From the NCBI RefSeq assembly GCF_009914755.1, contig NC_060928.1: DNA of 64,000 bases; one strand, given 5' to 3'. The notes beneath the pieces were generated by a model. That model did no database searches. It was not told where the DNA came from and saw nothing but the letters and a program-made list of their open reading frames with translations. Both the position numbers and the translations under genes were made by a program. Of this stretch, positions 27,352 through 41,335 are shown one piece after another. This DNA comes from the human T2T-CHM13v2.0 reference genome, Homo sapiens. Numbering within the stretch: position 1 is the stretch's first letter; each line of letters opens with the position of its first letter.

Positions 27352-30300
27352 AAGGACTGGCTAAAATTAAAACCTCATAAGGTACTAAATGTAAGTCATT
27401 TCTATCATTTAAATTTGCATTTGAACCCAAGGTGTGAGTGACCTGAGGATAATTTTTTATTATAGAATTCTACCACTTCAACTACAACTGAACCCAAATT
27501 TCACTTGCAATGCATTTGTCTTTCTCCTTATTGATTCTCAAATCACAGTTAAAACTGCTAATTTAGGATCTAAGATCAGGAACTGGATGGATTGAAGGAG
27601 TATTGCAGTGAACGTGAACAATGACTACTAAATGTTCATATAGAAGGGGGTTAAAGAGTAGTAAAATAAATTCTTGTAGGTTGGAGCCAAAAAATAAAAG
27701 CTCATACACATTTGTTTTATCTTAATGTCACTAAATTTGGAGTATGTTTCCTTTAAATAAATGTAGGACACTAATCTCTTTAAATTTCAAAAGGGAAACT
27801 TTCAGATGTGCTATTAGTAAATGTGCTATTATAGTAAAACTCCAAATAAATGATGGGTGGAAATCAAGCTGTTAGTGTAAAAGCAAGACATCTTTTTGGC
27901 TTTGGGCACTGGAATATTGCCTTTGGTTGATACAGCACAAAAACTAGAGAAATGTTGCAAAAAAAAATGTTTTAAAATACTTCCAGGAATAGACAGCTAG
28001 AATGGGTGGGCCATACTTCTATCTTAATGGCCTGTACATCAAAAAGTTTTTAACTCAATTTATTGGAAATGATTTTTTCCACTGGAAATCATCTTCACTA
28101 GAATCCAAATAGAAAATGGATTCGCATTTCCAATATTTGCTTTACAGTCATTAACATGTTTGTGTTGTTTAAAGTGACGTTTGCTCCACTTCTTACAATT
28201 GTGATTGTTTCTACCAAACAACTTCAAGATAACTTTAAAACAAATTTTTACTAAAACAGAAGGAAAGTAATGCAAGTCCTCAAATTATAAGAATCACTGA
28301 TGGTGAAATATCTCTATTTTAAAATTTAATAATTAGAATGCTATATTTATTTAGTGGATATAATGAAAACACAACATTTTAAGTCTGTTCTTTAAGTATC
28401 ATCTTACTAACTCAGTGTTACCTTAAGAAGTAACTACTTACCTTAGCCACAAAAACTTTTTTAAGCTTACATAGGTTGCATGAGGCATCAAATAACTGAC
28501 ACTTTATACTTTAAAAGTCAATCCAATCAAAGAAGAGAATCCAAACCAATTGTTTTACGGTGGGAAACCTGGCTGATTATAGACACTCTTCTGAGACATA
28601 CAGCCACAGCTCCATTTCGACAGCAACAGAAAAAGCTTAGCAATAATCCAAACATACATGCAACTTATGCCAATTATTTGTTATTTTCCTGTTTTGGATA
28701 CAATTTTTACATGAATATATAACATATAATTTATTCGTGTATAAAATTTTCCTACCAGTAATCAAACTAAGAAAAAAAAAACATAAAATAATTGAGGATC
28801 ATTGAGAAAGTTACATTTCAGGATACCAAATAATGGAAATCATAAAAAAGATCAAGGTTATTTCAGTTATTGAGGCAATATGACAAAGTTATATTTGGTT
28901 AAATAATATACACTCTATTATGACAAGTAAAATAATCAGTTTAAGTCTAAAAGTCAACAGTACAGACACTCTTTTGTGCTTCTACTAATGACAATTTTAA
29001 AAGAATTAATAATATAATTTACTTGGAATTTTGTGGATCTTTAATGTTTAGTAATGAATGTCTCTTTGTTACTTCAATTAGTAACTCCCCCAAATTGCAA
29101 ATGATCCAAACAATTATTTGTACATTTTTCCAAAGAGATTTTTCCCAAATGTTTCAACCATGAGGAAGAAAAAAAAATATATATATATATAATAAGAGGA
29201 GAGCTTTGTGTAAGTAATAAATGGTGAATATATTCTATATTAGTGTTTATTGAAAATCAGATATTACCAAACAAAATGTTGAAAATGTATTTATGTACAA
29301 ATCCTCTTTGTTTGTTTTTTAACATTCAAAGATCCCACTATGACTTTAATTCTAGGATTATACTTTTGGATTTTTTTTTGTTATTTATTTTAAGAAACAG
29401 CTCGTATCTTTAAAGCTCTGGAATGGTGTAAATCATTACAGTGGTTTCACATTTTCATGGGATCAAGGAAACAACAGTAAGCTCATAAAACAGATACCAC
29501 TAATTATGCAGAGAAGAAGCCATAAAGTCACTGGGAGAAGCATGTTTTATATTCATGAACACATCATTAAAAGTTTAAGACATGCTATCAAATTCTACAT
29601 TTTAATACTATGCCCAACAGCATTAAACCCTCCCAACAAGAAAATCAGATTGTTTAATGATCCTTTTTGTGTCACACTGGTTTTATATGTCTGCAGTTGA
29701 AGCAGATGTGGAATTTGTATTGCTGAACTTTTTTTTTAAATCATTGGATAGTTAAAAAATCATTTATCCTTTATATCTAGTTAAAACAAAGAAGGTCTGA
29801 ATCATCTTCCAATGTATATCTCTTAAATAAAATGTATTTGTTGAGGTAATAAGCCTCAATTCCATATTGCATGTATTTTTTAAATAATAATTTGGGTTTT
29901 CTTTAGAACATGTAAAAATGTAAAAGGGGTTAATAAGGATAAAATAGCTTCCATTTTAAATTAATTTTTAAAATGCTAAATAAAACAGAAATCAAATGAA
30001 ATCAAATTTTATGAGGCCATATGAAAACACAAAAGTATGTGATATCATTAAGAGAAATCCAAGAATCATACAAAATGTTAATAATATTACAGACAGCAAT
30101 TTTAAGAGCTGTTCATAGAACATCACATTTGCCACCAGTGCCTCACAGATTTAAACTGCAGCCTCTCTTCACTTGCCCACAAAGGGACTCCAGATGCGCT
30201 AATATTTTAATTTGCGTGTAATTCTAAAATGTTTCCATTTGTATATAATAAAATGCTCAGCATTCCACAATTTAAGCACATCTTGTAGACAGCTCAGCAA

Positions 30301-31079
30301 TACACACTTTCTTGGATGGGATTTTACATAGTAATATGCTTCAAGCTTAATCTCAAAGTGAAAGTAAAATGGAGTTATGACAAATTTAGAGAGGAGGCCA
30401 AAAATGCTGCAAATGGGAAAAAATTAAGTAGGGGGGTTAGTTGTTGTGGACAAGAAATAAACTATATAAAAGTAAAGACATTGAAAAATACTTAAAATGT
30501 ATAGGAGAGATTTATGCCCCATGGACAGAGCCTGAATAAAAGAGCCAATCACTTCAAGGAATTTAGTGGGGATTGATTATTTGAATTTGGTGAAGACGGT
30601 GTGTGTGGCATGTGTGGCGTGTGTGACGGTGGATGTCCATGGCAGAAGACAGGAAGCCTGGGGCTGCTCTCCTGCTGTCTGGCTTGGCAGTTTTACTTTG
30701 CTATGATTTCACCTACATTAAGTAATTTTTGATTGTTTTTCATGTCTTGTAGTAGACTTCCAATAATGAAGATGTGTGGATAAAATGCTAGCCAAAAAAT
30801 TCGCAAGCTTTGAATTTTGGACACATCAAATCAGGATAGACATTGAACAGTCTAAAAGCCACAATATTTATTATAAAATGTACACTAGCATGTTGCAGCA
30901 ACACAAATCGATAAGCGTTGTGGACTACAAAGTGAATAAAACAATAATTCTATTGAACTGAAATATGGAGGGAAAGGTAGACAGATAATGAGGGATTATT
31001 ATTATATGCCAATTTACTGTTTGATAAAACTACATTCAATCTATACATATGCACACACATCTACAGAATTGCAATTACT

Positions 31080-31262
31080 GTCAGGCATTATCCTAAGCAT
31101 GTATATTAATTTATTTAACATGTACTGATTTGTTTAACGCTTTCAACAACTTAAGAGGTACCACTATTATTGTCTCCATTTTATAGTGAGGAGACTGAGG
31201 TAAAATAATTTGTTCAAGGTCCCAGAGTTTGTAAATGGAAGAATTGAAATTAAAAACTAGGC
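31080..31262 (-). mobile_element. MIR SINE
   Basis: ctccattttatagtgaggagactgagg...tttgttcaaggtcccaga...gtaaatggaaga. Confidence 0.75.
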
Positions 31263-33964
31263 AATTTATAAAAAGTTCTCGGACTATGATGTAATATTAG
31301 TCTATTCCACAAATCGGGAAATATATAAACAAATTACTCAGGCTTTAAATTATCTGTAGGTATTTTTATAATGCATAGAGATACTTATTAACATTTCTAA
31401 GCTTGTGTGTTTTTTTCTATCTGAATCTCCACCTGTGAGCAAATCTTCAGTGTTAGGTATCTAAGGACACAATGACTTCAGGGCTAAAACCATTGAAACC
31501 TGTAAACATGAATAAATGCAAATTTGGTCCTTTGGGGTTAACTAATATGTAAATGTTTTTAGTGAAACTACTGGTATATAGACAAGCACAGAACTTTTCT
31601 AAGCTTTCAGGAATCAGCTTTTACAAATGCTGAGCTGGTTTTAATTTAAGCACTACAAGTGAAATAGAAAAAACTCGGAAGAAAACATGGTTACTCATTT
31701 GCATCTCCAATTTAATAACGCCTATAATTGTCCAGTTACCAAAGTTAGATCCAAATGCTTTTTCTCTGCCAAACGCAGCTGCTCGAGAAACCGAACACTG
31801 ATTTGATTTTTCTGCAGGGTACATGTTCACTCGCGGCTCTCATGATGAATAAATAATGCCATGATGCCGAGGAGCTGCGGACCTTGCCCTTCTGTGAAAA
31901 GGGCTGCATCTGCTTATTCTCAGACATTCACGATCCTAAAGGAATAAGACACCAGAGGCCTGTGAATAAGAGGGCCTTTTCAGACTTAACAAAGCCTTCG
32001 CTCCTGAATCCACCTTAACCAGTTGCGAGAAAAGAGCTTTTGGCACCAAGTCATCCTTCAGGAAAAGACTGATAATGATCACTAAAGACATACTCGGGGC
32101 TGCTGCCTCACTCACTTCAAAGGCTTTCTCTCTTAATCAACATTAAATCATCATTTCGCCAGGGATATAGGGACAGCTGTACACAATCTATTTATTTTAA
32201 AACAGATTACAACCAGGTCCCTCTGCCAAAATATAAACTTCTTAATGTTGCATGTTACTTCAATATTTTTCAACTTGGAACTTTTATTTCTAATTTAGTG
32301 TCCCAAATTAGCATTTCTGTCTCAGCTTATGGACTGCATCTTCCCACAAAAGCTGAGCTAAGAATTTTATCAATTATACAGATAATTTAAGCAACAAAAC
32401 AAAATAGATCAAAACAAGACTTTACATAAATTATCCAAATATTTTAGGCTAAAAAATATAAAGTCTCCATTCGCTACATCATTTTGTGGTTTGTACAAGA
32501 CACAAGGCCTGTGTTATTGTCTTATTGGTTGTTATTAACCACTTGATATTTCGTCATGCCTTCTCTGTTCCTCTTTAAAATGTAGACCCCTGTGCCCTAT
32601 ATCTTTTACCTTTGTTTTGGTCTCATGACAGCTGTAACCCTCATCTTACTTAACCTCGAGGAAAACTACAAAGGCATTTTTCCCCCTACAAGCTAATTCT
32701 TTAAAAAAGATAATGATCCAGGACCTTTATCCAGTTTATCACTTCAGTTTTATACAAAAGAATATTAAGCCACAACATATAAAGTTAATCAATGATCATC
32801 ACTTCAAAAATGTATGTAGTAAGTAGGTACAATTAGGTAGATATAGGTACAATTTCTGCTACTTTGAATTATAATCAACTAATACAATGGCTTTGCTTAG
32901 TTAAATTTGGTTCAAAATAATATCATTAATAATGCAAGTGATTGAAGAAGATGTTCATACTGTATAATATTTTTATTGATTTTGAGTAGTTCACCTTTGT
33001 TGATAGTTTATTATGAGTCATTGCCCACTTTGTGCTGATTACTGAATGCAACAACACAAAATAATTTTTAAAGTTTTAATTAATTACTTTGCTACAGTAT
33101 TAGATAAGAATTTTAAAATATTTACTTTGGTCCTATAATTCCAGTATCTCTTGCTATCAACATTTTATAAAATCTCTTACATTATTTGTTAGAGATGTAG
33201 AAAGAAAAAAATTAATGTAGATTATAATTTTCTTACTTAAAATATATAACAGAAGATAGCATTTTATAAATCTATAGAATCTTAAGAAAGTCCTCTCTGC
33301 TAAATTAAACTTTTTCAGTTGGAATTTATATTATACAGACAGTGGTGAAGGCTTTTAATGTTTATTGGAGAGATTCACTTAATTTCCATTGTCTTTCATC
33401 ATCCAGAGGGGTTTTATAAATGAAAACCCAAAACATGAGGAAATACAGAATAGAAGAAATTAAAGACACCAGATGGATGAGCACCTCTTTTTTTCCACTC
33501 CCATTAGAAAGAGTGCCAACTGCCAGGAAAGGCAGGTGCCATTGAGTCTCCTTCTAAGAGTAAACAGGGTCTGGAACCTCCTACCCCAACCAACCCCATG
33601 GGCTAACCATAGAAAGATGTAGGAGAGATCCGCAAATCACAGCTATGCCACTTTCACACCTTCCAGTGCAGGAGGAAACTTCTGCCTCTGTCCATATTTC
33701 AGGTGCTGACACATTTCATAAGTGCCGTAAGGAAAGTTCAAAAGGACTTCTACCTGAAGACCATGCTACCACAGCACAGCAATGGATGAATAGGAGTCTC
33801 TAACCCAGCTCAGGAGATCTGGAAACTACTTCTTGTTTTTTTTTTTTTTATTCTGTTTTCTCCCCTTTCCTTTTTCTCCAAGCCTTCAGCCCTCTTGGTA
33901 AAATTCTTAATTTGATGACCCACTTAATTCTTGAGTTTTCAGACAGCCATAAATGGTACAGTTA

Positions 33965-34212
33965 TGAGGCAGTATAACCCGGCAATTGAAAGCATGGACG
34001 CTAGAATCACATGCACTGCCCGAATTCCAATCCTGGCTTAGCCACTGTCTAAGGGTGTGCCTTTGAGATGTTACTTAAGTTCTCTAATACAAGTACTTAA
34101 ATACTTGCCTGTAGGATTGCTGTGAGAATTAAATGAGGAAGCATGTAAAGGGTGCTTAGCACAGTACTTAGTATATAGTAATTGCTCAATAAGCATAACA
34201 TATTATTATTAT
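33965..34212 (+). mobile_element. MIR SINE
   Basis: aatcctggctt...tgtgcctttgagatgttacttaa...ggattgctgtgagaattaaatgag...gcttagcacagt...gctcaataag...tattattatt. Confidence 0.8.
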
Positions 34213-35817
34213 CACCTCACCATAAATAGCATTCAGGTCTGTGAGAGAATAGCATTAAAGCTACAAAATAAAGATTATTAATTATAGGGTGATATTATTA
34301 TTCCGTATCTCCAGTTGGCATTCACCCTAAAAAGACAGCTCTTGTTGCTTTCCTGAACAAAAATGAATATGACTCCAAAATAATAAATAACTTTTAGAAA
34401 CCAAAATTGGAAAAGAAGAAAAATTTACTTTTTGGTTGATTGATATGAAGTTGTAAGAGGCTGCCTTCGGAATTCCTAAAGAGATACCCATCTCCCAAGG
34501 AAAGCAATGGAAATCCTTTGATTGCCGCATTCCACAAACCATCATGAAAGTATTTATTTAGTCTAAAAGCCTAACTAGTTCATCATCTCTAGAGGTTTCA
34601 TATCTAATAGTTTATCCTTAAGCTCAGGAATTCATATCACCAGTGGAATTTTTTCCATCATAGTGAAATAGCTGGGTTTCAACACTAAGGAAATACATGC
34701 AAGCATTTTATGACTGGACTTCTCAGAACCAAACTAAGAATTCTATTTTAAATGTTACATGATGCAAACATTTATTCTTCATCTTTTCTTCATATTATTA
34801 ATCAAGACATTTCTCTTAGTTATTTTCCTTGAAATAATATTTTATTGGCATCTAATACATTTTATTTTTTTGAAAATAAATTTATATTATTTTGTGTATT
34901 TTTATAGCCAACGTTGCACAAACTTGAAGGCAGTATTTTGAAATATTGAAATATCAGAGGCCTGAATACTGAACGGGGGAAATTATGGACAACTGAAATA
35001 TTAACAAAGCATGTATTCGAACTCCTGATACCCAAAATAATAATATATACTACGACAAGAAAATAATTGGCAAAAACTTTATTTAAAAGACACCCAATGA
35101 AATAACCAGAAAAGGAAAAAAATCTCCCTAAAATAAGAGCATATTAGCATTGATTTGAATAAATTCTATTTCATGTCCTTTTAAAGGGGAATATTGATTG
35201 AGGTATTTCTAAAGGAGTATTGATAAAGGTTGTGTAACACTCCAAAAGTTATCCATGTAGTATAATCAATATACACATTATAACAGCATAGAAACACATA
35301 AAAGAAGCATACCAGGGCATTATCATTGGGGTAATTTTATTTTGGATGATCGAACTACTTAAAGTAAAGCTAGATTTACATTCCTTGATGTAGAGCCAGC
35401 TAAGAAGTTACCAAATCTGGTACCCACGACTTCCTCTAATCCCTCCTCTTTATTTTCGGTCATGTGTGTCCCCTGGTGTGCGGCAACCCCATTTTATCCT
35501 CTGATGCTCTGCGGCACACTACGCAGGGCAGAGTTCCCTCCACCAAAATATATTCCCTGTGAATCTTACTATTGAAAGCTGCTCACCACTGCCTGGAAAA
35601 CTATCTGACAGTTCATTCATGATTAGTGTGACTAGCTGATGAGGTGGTTAAGGGAATATCTAGTTTAAATATTGTATGAGTCTATGTTTTCATGTGTTAC
35701 CATTTCCAAGAGTTAAGGGGGTGATTCCTTAACAATCGACAATTCCAAATTAATAGTAAATGCTGAAATTTCTTGCTGGTGAGAGCTTTCTGAAACTTGT
35801 AAGAAATTACTTGTTTC

Positions 35818-36115
<298 letters not shown>

Positions 36116-38341
36116 TTACTAGTTTCACCATTATCTGTTGCTATGCAATTGATCACCTGAGACACCGCATTTGTTACAATACATCCTTTTATTCATAGCA
36201 TATAGATCACTCCTTAGAATGTTCTTACTTTGTGTTAAAAAAAAAAAAAAGCTATATGAAATCATTCCACCTGAAAGAAAGAAACGAGTTAATGATAACC
36301 TTCTCCAACATTTTAATGATCTCTGAGGGAGAATACATTAAAGTAGAAGAATGGTTCATTGGAGATTTTCTAAGCTTTTTTATACATAATGACTTCAGTC
36401 CATATATGAGAAAATAAAACTATATGAAATAATTTTATCAGCAACGAAAGTTGTTTTCATACAAAGTGAAGAACTCAAGCAATCATTAAAAGAAATGTCC
36501 TCCCCAAATGCTCAATTTCATGCAATATTAAGACGAAATGACTTTCCAGCTTGAACTATGTGGATAATTGGCTCAATTCTCTAATTTATTTTGCAAATAT
36601 AGTCACCATCAGAATAATAAAATTATATCTATTATAAAGATACCTCAAAAGGCTGAGCCATCCAGGTCAGAAATTGAAAACAAAGCCAAATATTTACCCA
36701 AAATCAAACCCAGAACTTCTTTTGAAATTCACTGAAAGAGCAATCATTTCCAATGTCTTTTCACCTTCTGGTATGAGATGGAAGTCAAACTGGAAATACT
36801 GAAACACTTTAAGAAAGGCAGTAAAACAAAAACAAGCCTTCTTGTAAGACTTCCAGATGAAAGAGTTTTGAATAAGCATTTAATCATGTGTATCCTGGTT
36901 CAAGCCAAGCTGAACCTCAAAGGTTTACCTGCGCTCATTATTTAGAATTCACAATGAAATGGAAACACATTACATCTATTGGGAACACTGACGATATGAT
37001 GAAATGATTTTTGTAAGGAAACTGAATGTTTACACTAAGCCCATAGCCATGGTTCATCTGGCAATAGGGAAAAAAACACAATGCTGCACTTTTGCCAGGC
37101 TGTGTGGAGGGAGTTTTGTTTTCAACTTCAGTATTCGCACAATCTGAGTCTTTTTTTATGCCTGCATGGAATTTTGAGACTAAGTCAATGCACAAACTAA
37201 TTTTTCTAGCTTGTTTTAGATTTCTGTGATTGTAATGTTTCTATGTAATGAAATACCATTTTGTTAAAAATGTTTTTGGAAAGATAGTTGTTTACAATAT
37301 GACAAGGAATATTAATAAAGTTAAATATTACTAACTATAAGTTGCTCCTAAAGCACATGCCTAATGAACCACAATTTAAATTTAACATTTAATTTAATTA
37401 AGAATGCCAATTTCCAAAGAAGTTTTTGAACTTGGAGTATTTTAGAACTGGTAGAGTGTCTGACTGGCTGCCACATTGGCAAACTGGCCTGGTAAAATCC
37501 ATATTTTCTACTGTGTTATGAAATACATAACTAATAATCAAAGAGGGAAAATAAATCATGAGTTTTCTGCAAGTGGAATTATCTTTCAGAACACCAGGGT
37601 CAAATTTCCTGACATTTTGTCTTAAGAATCACTGGAGATTGTAAACTGAATAAATTGGCACTACCAAGAAGTGGACCTAACATAATTTGGCGTAATTCCA
37701 GAGCTGATTTTATTTCTTCTTCCTTTAGAAGGTGACAGCGCCTCTTCTCCAAGACAGGATATCCAAGCACACTGTATACATACTCTGAAAAAATGATGCT
37801 TACAACTGTCACATGAAAGAATTTACAAAATTACATTTCCACACTGTTTTGGCTTCCTTCGTATCCTGACAATAACCAGACTATACGTTTCACTTGTTCT
37901 GCAGCCATATATAAATAATAGAATGATATAAAGAATAAAACAAACTGCTTTCCAAAAACAGGGCCTGTAAATCACACAGTGCAGCAGGTTTTGCTTCCAA
38001 AACATCTAAACTCTTCCTGGGTGCCAGTAATATCCACCACAGAAGCCTCACTGCATTACCTTTGATAAGGACTGGTTAATCTTACAAAAGATAATTACAG
38101 AAAGAAGAAAAAAAACAGAGATCCTGGGAATATTAGAAATCTATTATGGATGAACATAACATCACCCAAAAAAGGTCTTTTTACAATAAGCAATAGAAAA
38201 AGTACTCTCTTATTGAGAATGTAAACAATGAAGGAAGTGAAATCAATATTGATAGTCTACTGACCACTGGTGCACTGAGTCATAATTAGTAACTCCATCT
38301 AGTAGAATTTGAAGGTCATTAGCAGGATTTAGATAGTGGGA

Positions 38342-39190
38342 TTTTTTTTAATTAAACTCTTTTCTGGAAGTATAACATACATAAACAATGCAAATTATAA
38401 ATACACAGCACAATAAATTTTTACAGCATAAATACACTTAAGTAGCACATTCAAATCAAGAAATAGATAATTACCTGTAACTTAGATGACACCCCCATGA
38501 GCCCTCCAAGTCACAACCTCATCCTCATCACAAGATAATTAGTAGCTTAACTTCAAAGAGCCTAAATTGCCTATTCTGGAAACTTTTATAAGTGCAATTA
38601 TACAATATGCACTCTTTTACCTTTGTCTTCTTTTGCTCAACATTACATTTGTGACATTTGTCTAGGTTGGTGCATGTCAAAGATCTTCATTCTTTTTCAT
38701 TGTTATATAATATTCAATATATTGAATATTATATAATGGATACCACAATATTATATAATGGATACCACAACATATTCTACTGCTGTCAAACACATGGGTA
38801 ATTTCCAGTTTTATACTATTGCAAACAATATTGTTCTAAATACAATTATGCTTGTATTTTGGTGCACATTTTTAAGCATTTCTGTTACAGGTATACATAC
38901 AAGTAGAGTTTTTAGGTCATGAAAGATACATATCTTCAACTTTAATAAACAATACTAAAAAGTTTTTAAAGTTGTCACAACAAATGATACTCCCACCAGC
39001 AGTTTGCTTCACATCTTTACTAGTACTTGAATTTGTATTTCTCATTTTAGCAGTTTTAATGGGTATATAGTGTTATACCATTGCGGGTTTTTTGCAGTGA
39101 TTAAGGAGGTTGTATAGCTCTTCACAGGTAGATTGTCCATTTGAATAGCCTCCTTTGTGACATATTTGTTCTAGTCTTTTCATAGTTTAG
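38342..39190 (-). mobile_element. Old L1 (L1MD/ME) 3' region
   Basis: Antisense L1M motifs: gaagtataacatac...aaatcaagaaataga; cttttgctcaacattacatttgtgac; tactcccaccagcagt; cacatctttactagtacttg. Confidence 0.75.
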
Positions 39191-41197
39191 TTTTGCTGAA
39201 ATTATTTCACTTTTCTCTCCTTTAAGGTAAAAAATTTATATCTGTAGAACCAACTCAGAAGAGTCCTGTGCCAAACCACATAATTGCTCACTCAGTCCTC
39301 ACACCTCTATCGGATAGGCCCCACTTACCCTTCTTCATCTGTCGGCGAGAATACTGAGTCTCAGAGAGGGTAAATCACTAATCCAAGGTAACACAGCTCA
39401 TAATTTCCAGAGCTAGAATTTAAACCCAACGTTTTCTTTAAGTTGATCATCTTTCCACTTGGAATATTGAATCTAGGCAACGCTGTCATGAGCAAAGGAC
39501 TAACCAATGATATATACTAAAGAATATTTAAAAGAAAAAAATGTGACAAGTATATTTGCATTTATTCTCACAGGTCCTTAGTACAATTAATAACCCTACT
39601 AAGGAAAGGAGACACATTATACATGATAGTAAGGTTTCAGCCAGGCAACTCATAAAATCAGAGTAGAATTACTACAATCAAAACCAAGGGGTCCTTAGCC
39701 ATATCTACTTACACTGTTACTAATCCTTTCCACAGACGTTTGAGTAATTACTGCATTTGACATTTCTACATCACTAAGTTAAAGTTAGCAACACAAAGCT
39801 TCAACTTCACATTTTACCCGCATACTTCTTCTGATGAATTCAATTGAATAGAATTAAATTGTTCATCTAGGTTTCTTGGGTCTCTTCGTACATTTCAAAC
39901 ACATAAGACCTTCTTTCAGTTTAGACAATATTTAAATTGAGAAACAGAGAAAAGGCAGAAAGGAAATCTGTCATGTCATATGAGTGGGAACAGTTGACAG
40001 GCCAGATATATGATGGTCTGTTAAGAGATTGCCTAGTTATAGAATTTTATTATGCACATTATTGTAATAATTGTGCTGTCTACTTTGAACATGATTCAAA
40101 CTGGTCTCCCAGCTTACTATCAAGATAGAGCAAAACAGTTCCATTTGTGGAGCCAACAGAGCATTCTGAATTCTGCTGTATGCACAGAGACATGGTCAGT
40201 ACCCAAGAGACAAATTGTCAAAATTGGAGGCCAGAATTTTAAGTTGCTTAATGGCTTTTCTGGCTTTTAAAACTATACACACATTCATATGGTAAACATT
40301 CTATGAGGTTCATACTGTGTCGTTGAAACATTTTACTATTTTTTTAATATAAACTAATCCGAAGCTCACAATGAGGAATGAATTGCCCTGAACTTGGAAA
40401 GATATAATGACTTCTAGTCCTCATGAGATTTCACCTCTCTCCTGCCTGCGCCTTTAGCCATAAATGAGGAGGATAGACACTGTATCTCTAGTATCTCTTT
40501 CAATGAAAAGCCCTATCTCTTCCAATAGATAGTCCTATTGTTTCCAATTTGGGGGAAGCATGCCAGGGTAAGGACCTGGGGAGAAAAAAGTCCTGAACAT
40601 GAAACGGCAAGTGTAATGAAGGGGGGTGATTTGCTAGTTTTGCTTTTTAGTCATGTGTATCTGGATATACAATCCTCAGTCTGCCTCTTTCTAGCCGGGT
40701 GATTATGGACAATTAACCATTCAAGGATCTCTTTCAATGTAAGAATAATCTTTGGAGAGTTGCAGGAAATTGTCGGGAGAGAAATAAGATATATTCAAAT
40801 GGAAGGGGAAAAGAGAAAGCCTCTTGCTTAATAAATCTTCCCAAATTTCCCCAGGTAGCAGCTATTGACAAACCAGGACACACAGATAATGAAATAATAT
40901 TGGATCATATGTATAAAGTGGTTGCCATGTGTTAAGTGCATTACACATTGAAGGAGTTTACACACACAAACACACACACACATGAATATGCAGTATGCCA
41001 CCTGGTCTCCTAACTTCCTGCCCTGTTTAGAGATATTTAAAGTCCAAGCTTCTTTATAGTTTGATCCTCCATTACAATTTTTAGCAATATATATCTGCTT
41101 CCACATATGATGCTTGCTCTTTTAAGCTATGCTTTATGTTCCCCACAATAACATTTTTTTCTTGTGAAATCTCTGGTGCAGTCTTAAGCAAATAATA

Positions 41198-41335
41198 TTC
41201 ATCAGTTTCCTCATCTTTAAAATGCAAATGATAATAATCCCTTCTTCACAGCGTTGCTGCAAGAGTTAAATGAGCTAATTTTTCTAAAATTCTTAGAACA
41301 ATGCCTAGCACATAATAAGAACAATGTAAATATTT
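41198..41335 (+). mobile_element. MIR SINE
   Basis: tcagtttcctcatctttaaaatg...ataataat...cttagaacaatgcctagcacataataag. Confidence 0.85.
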
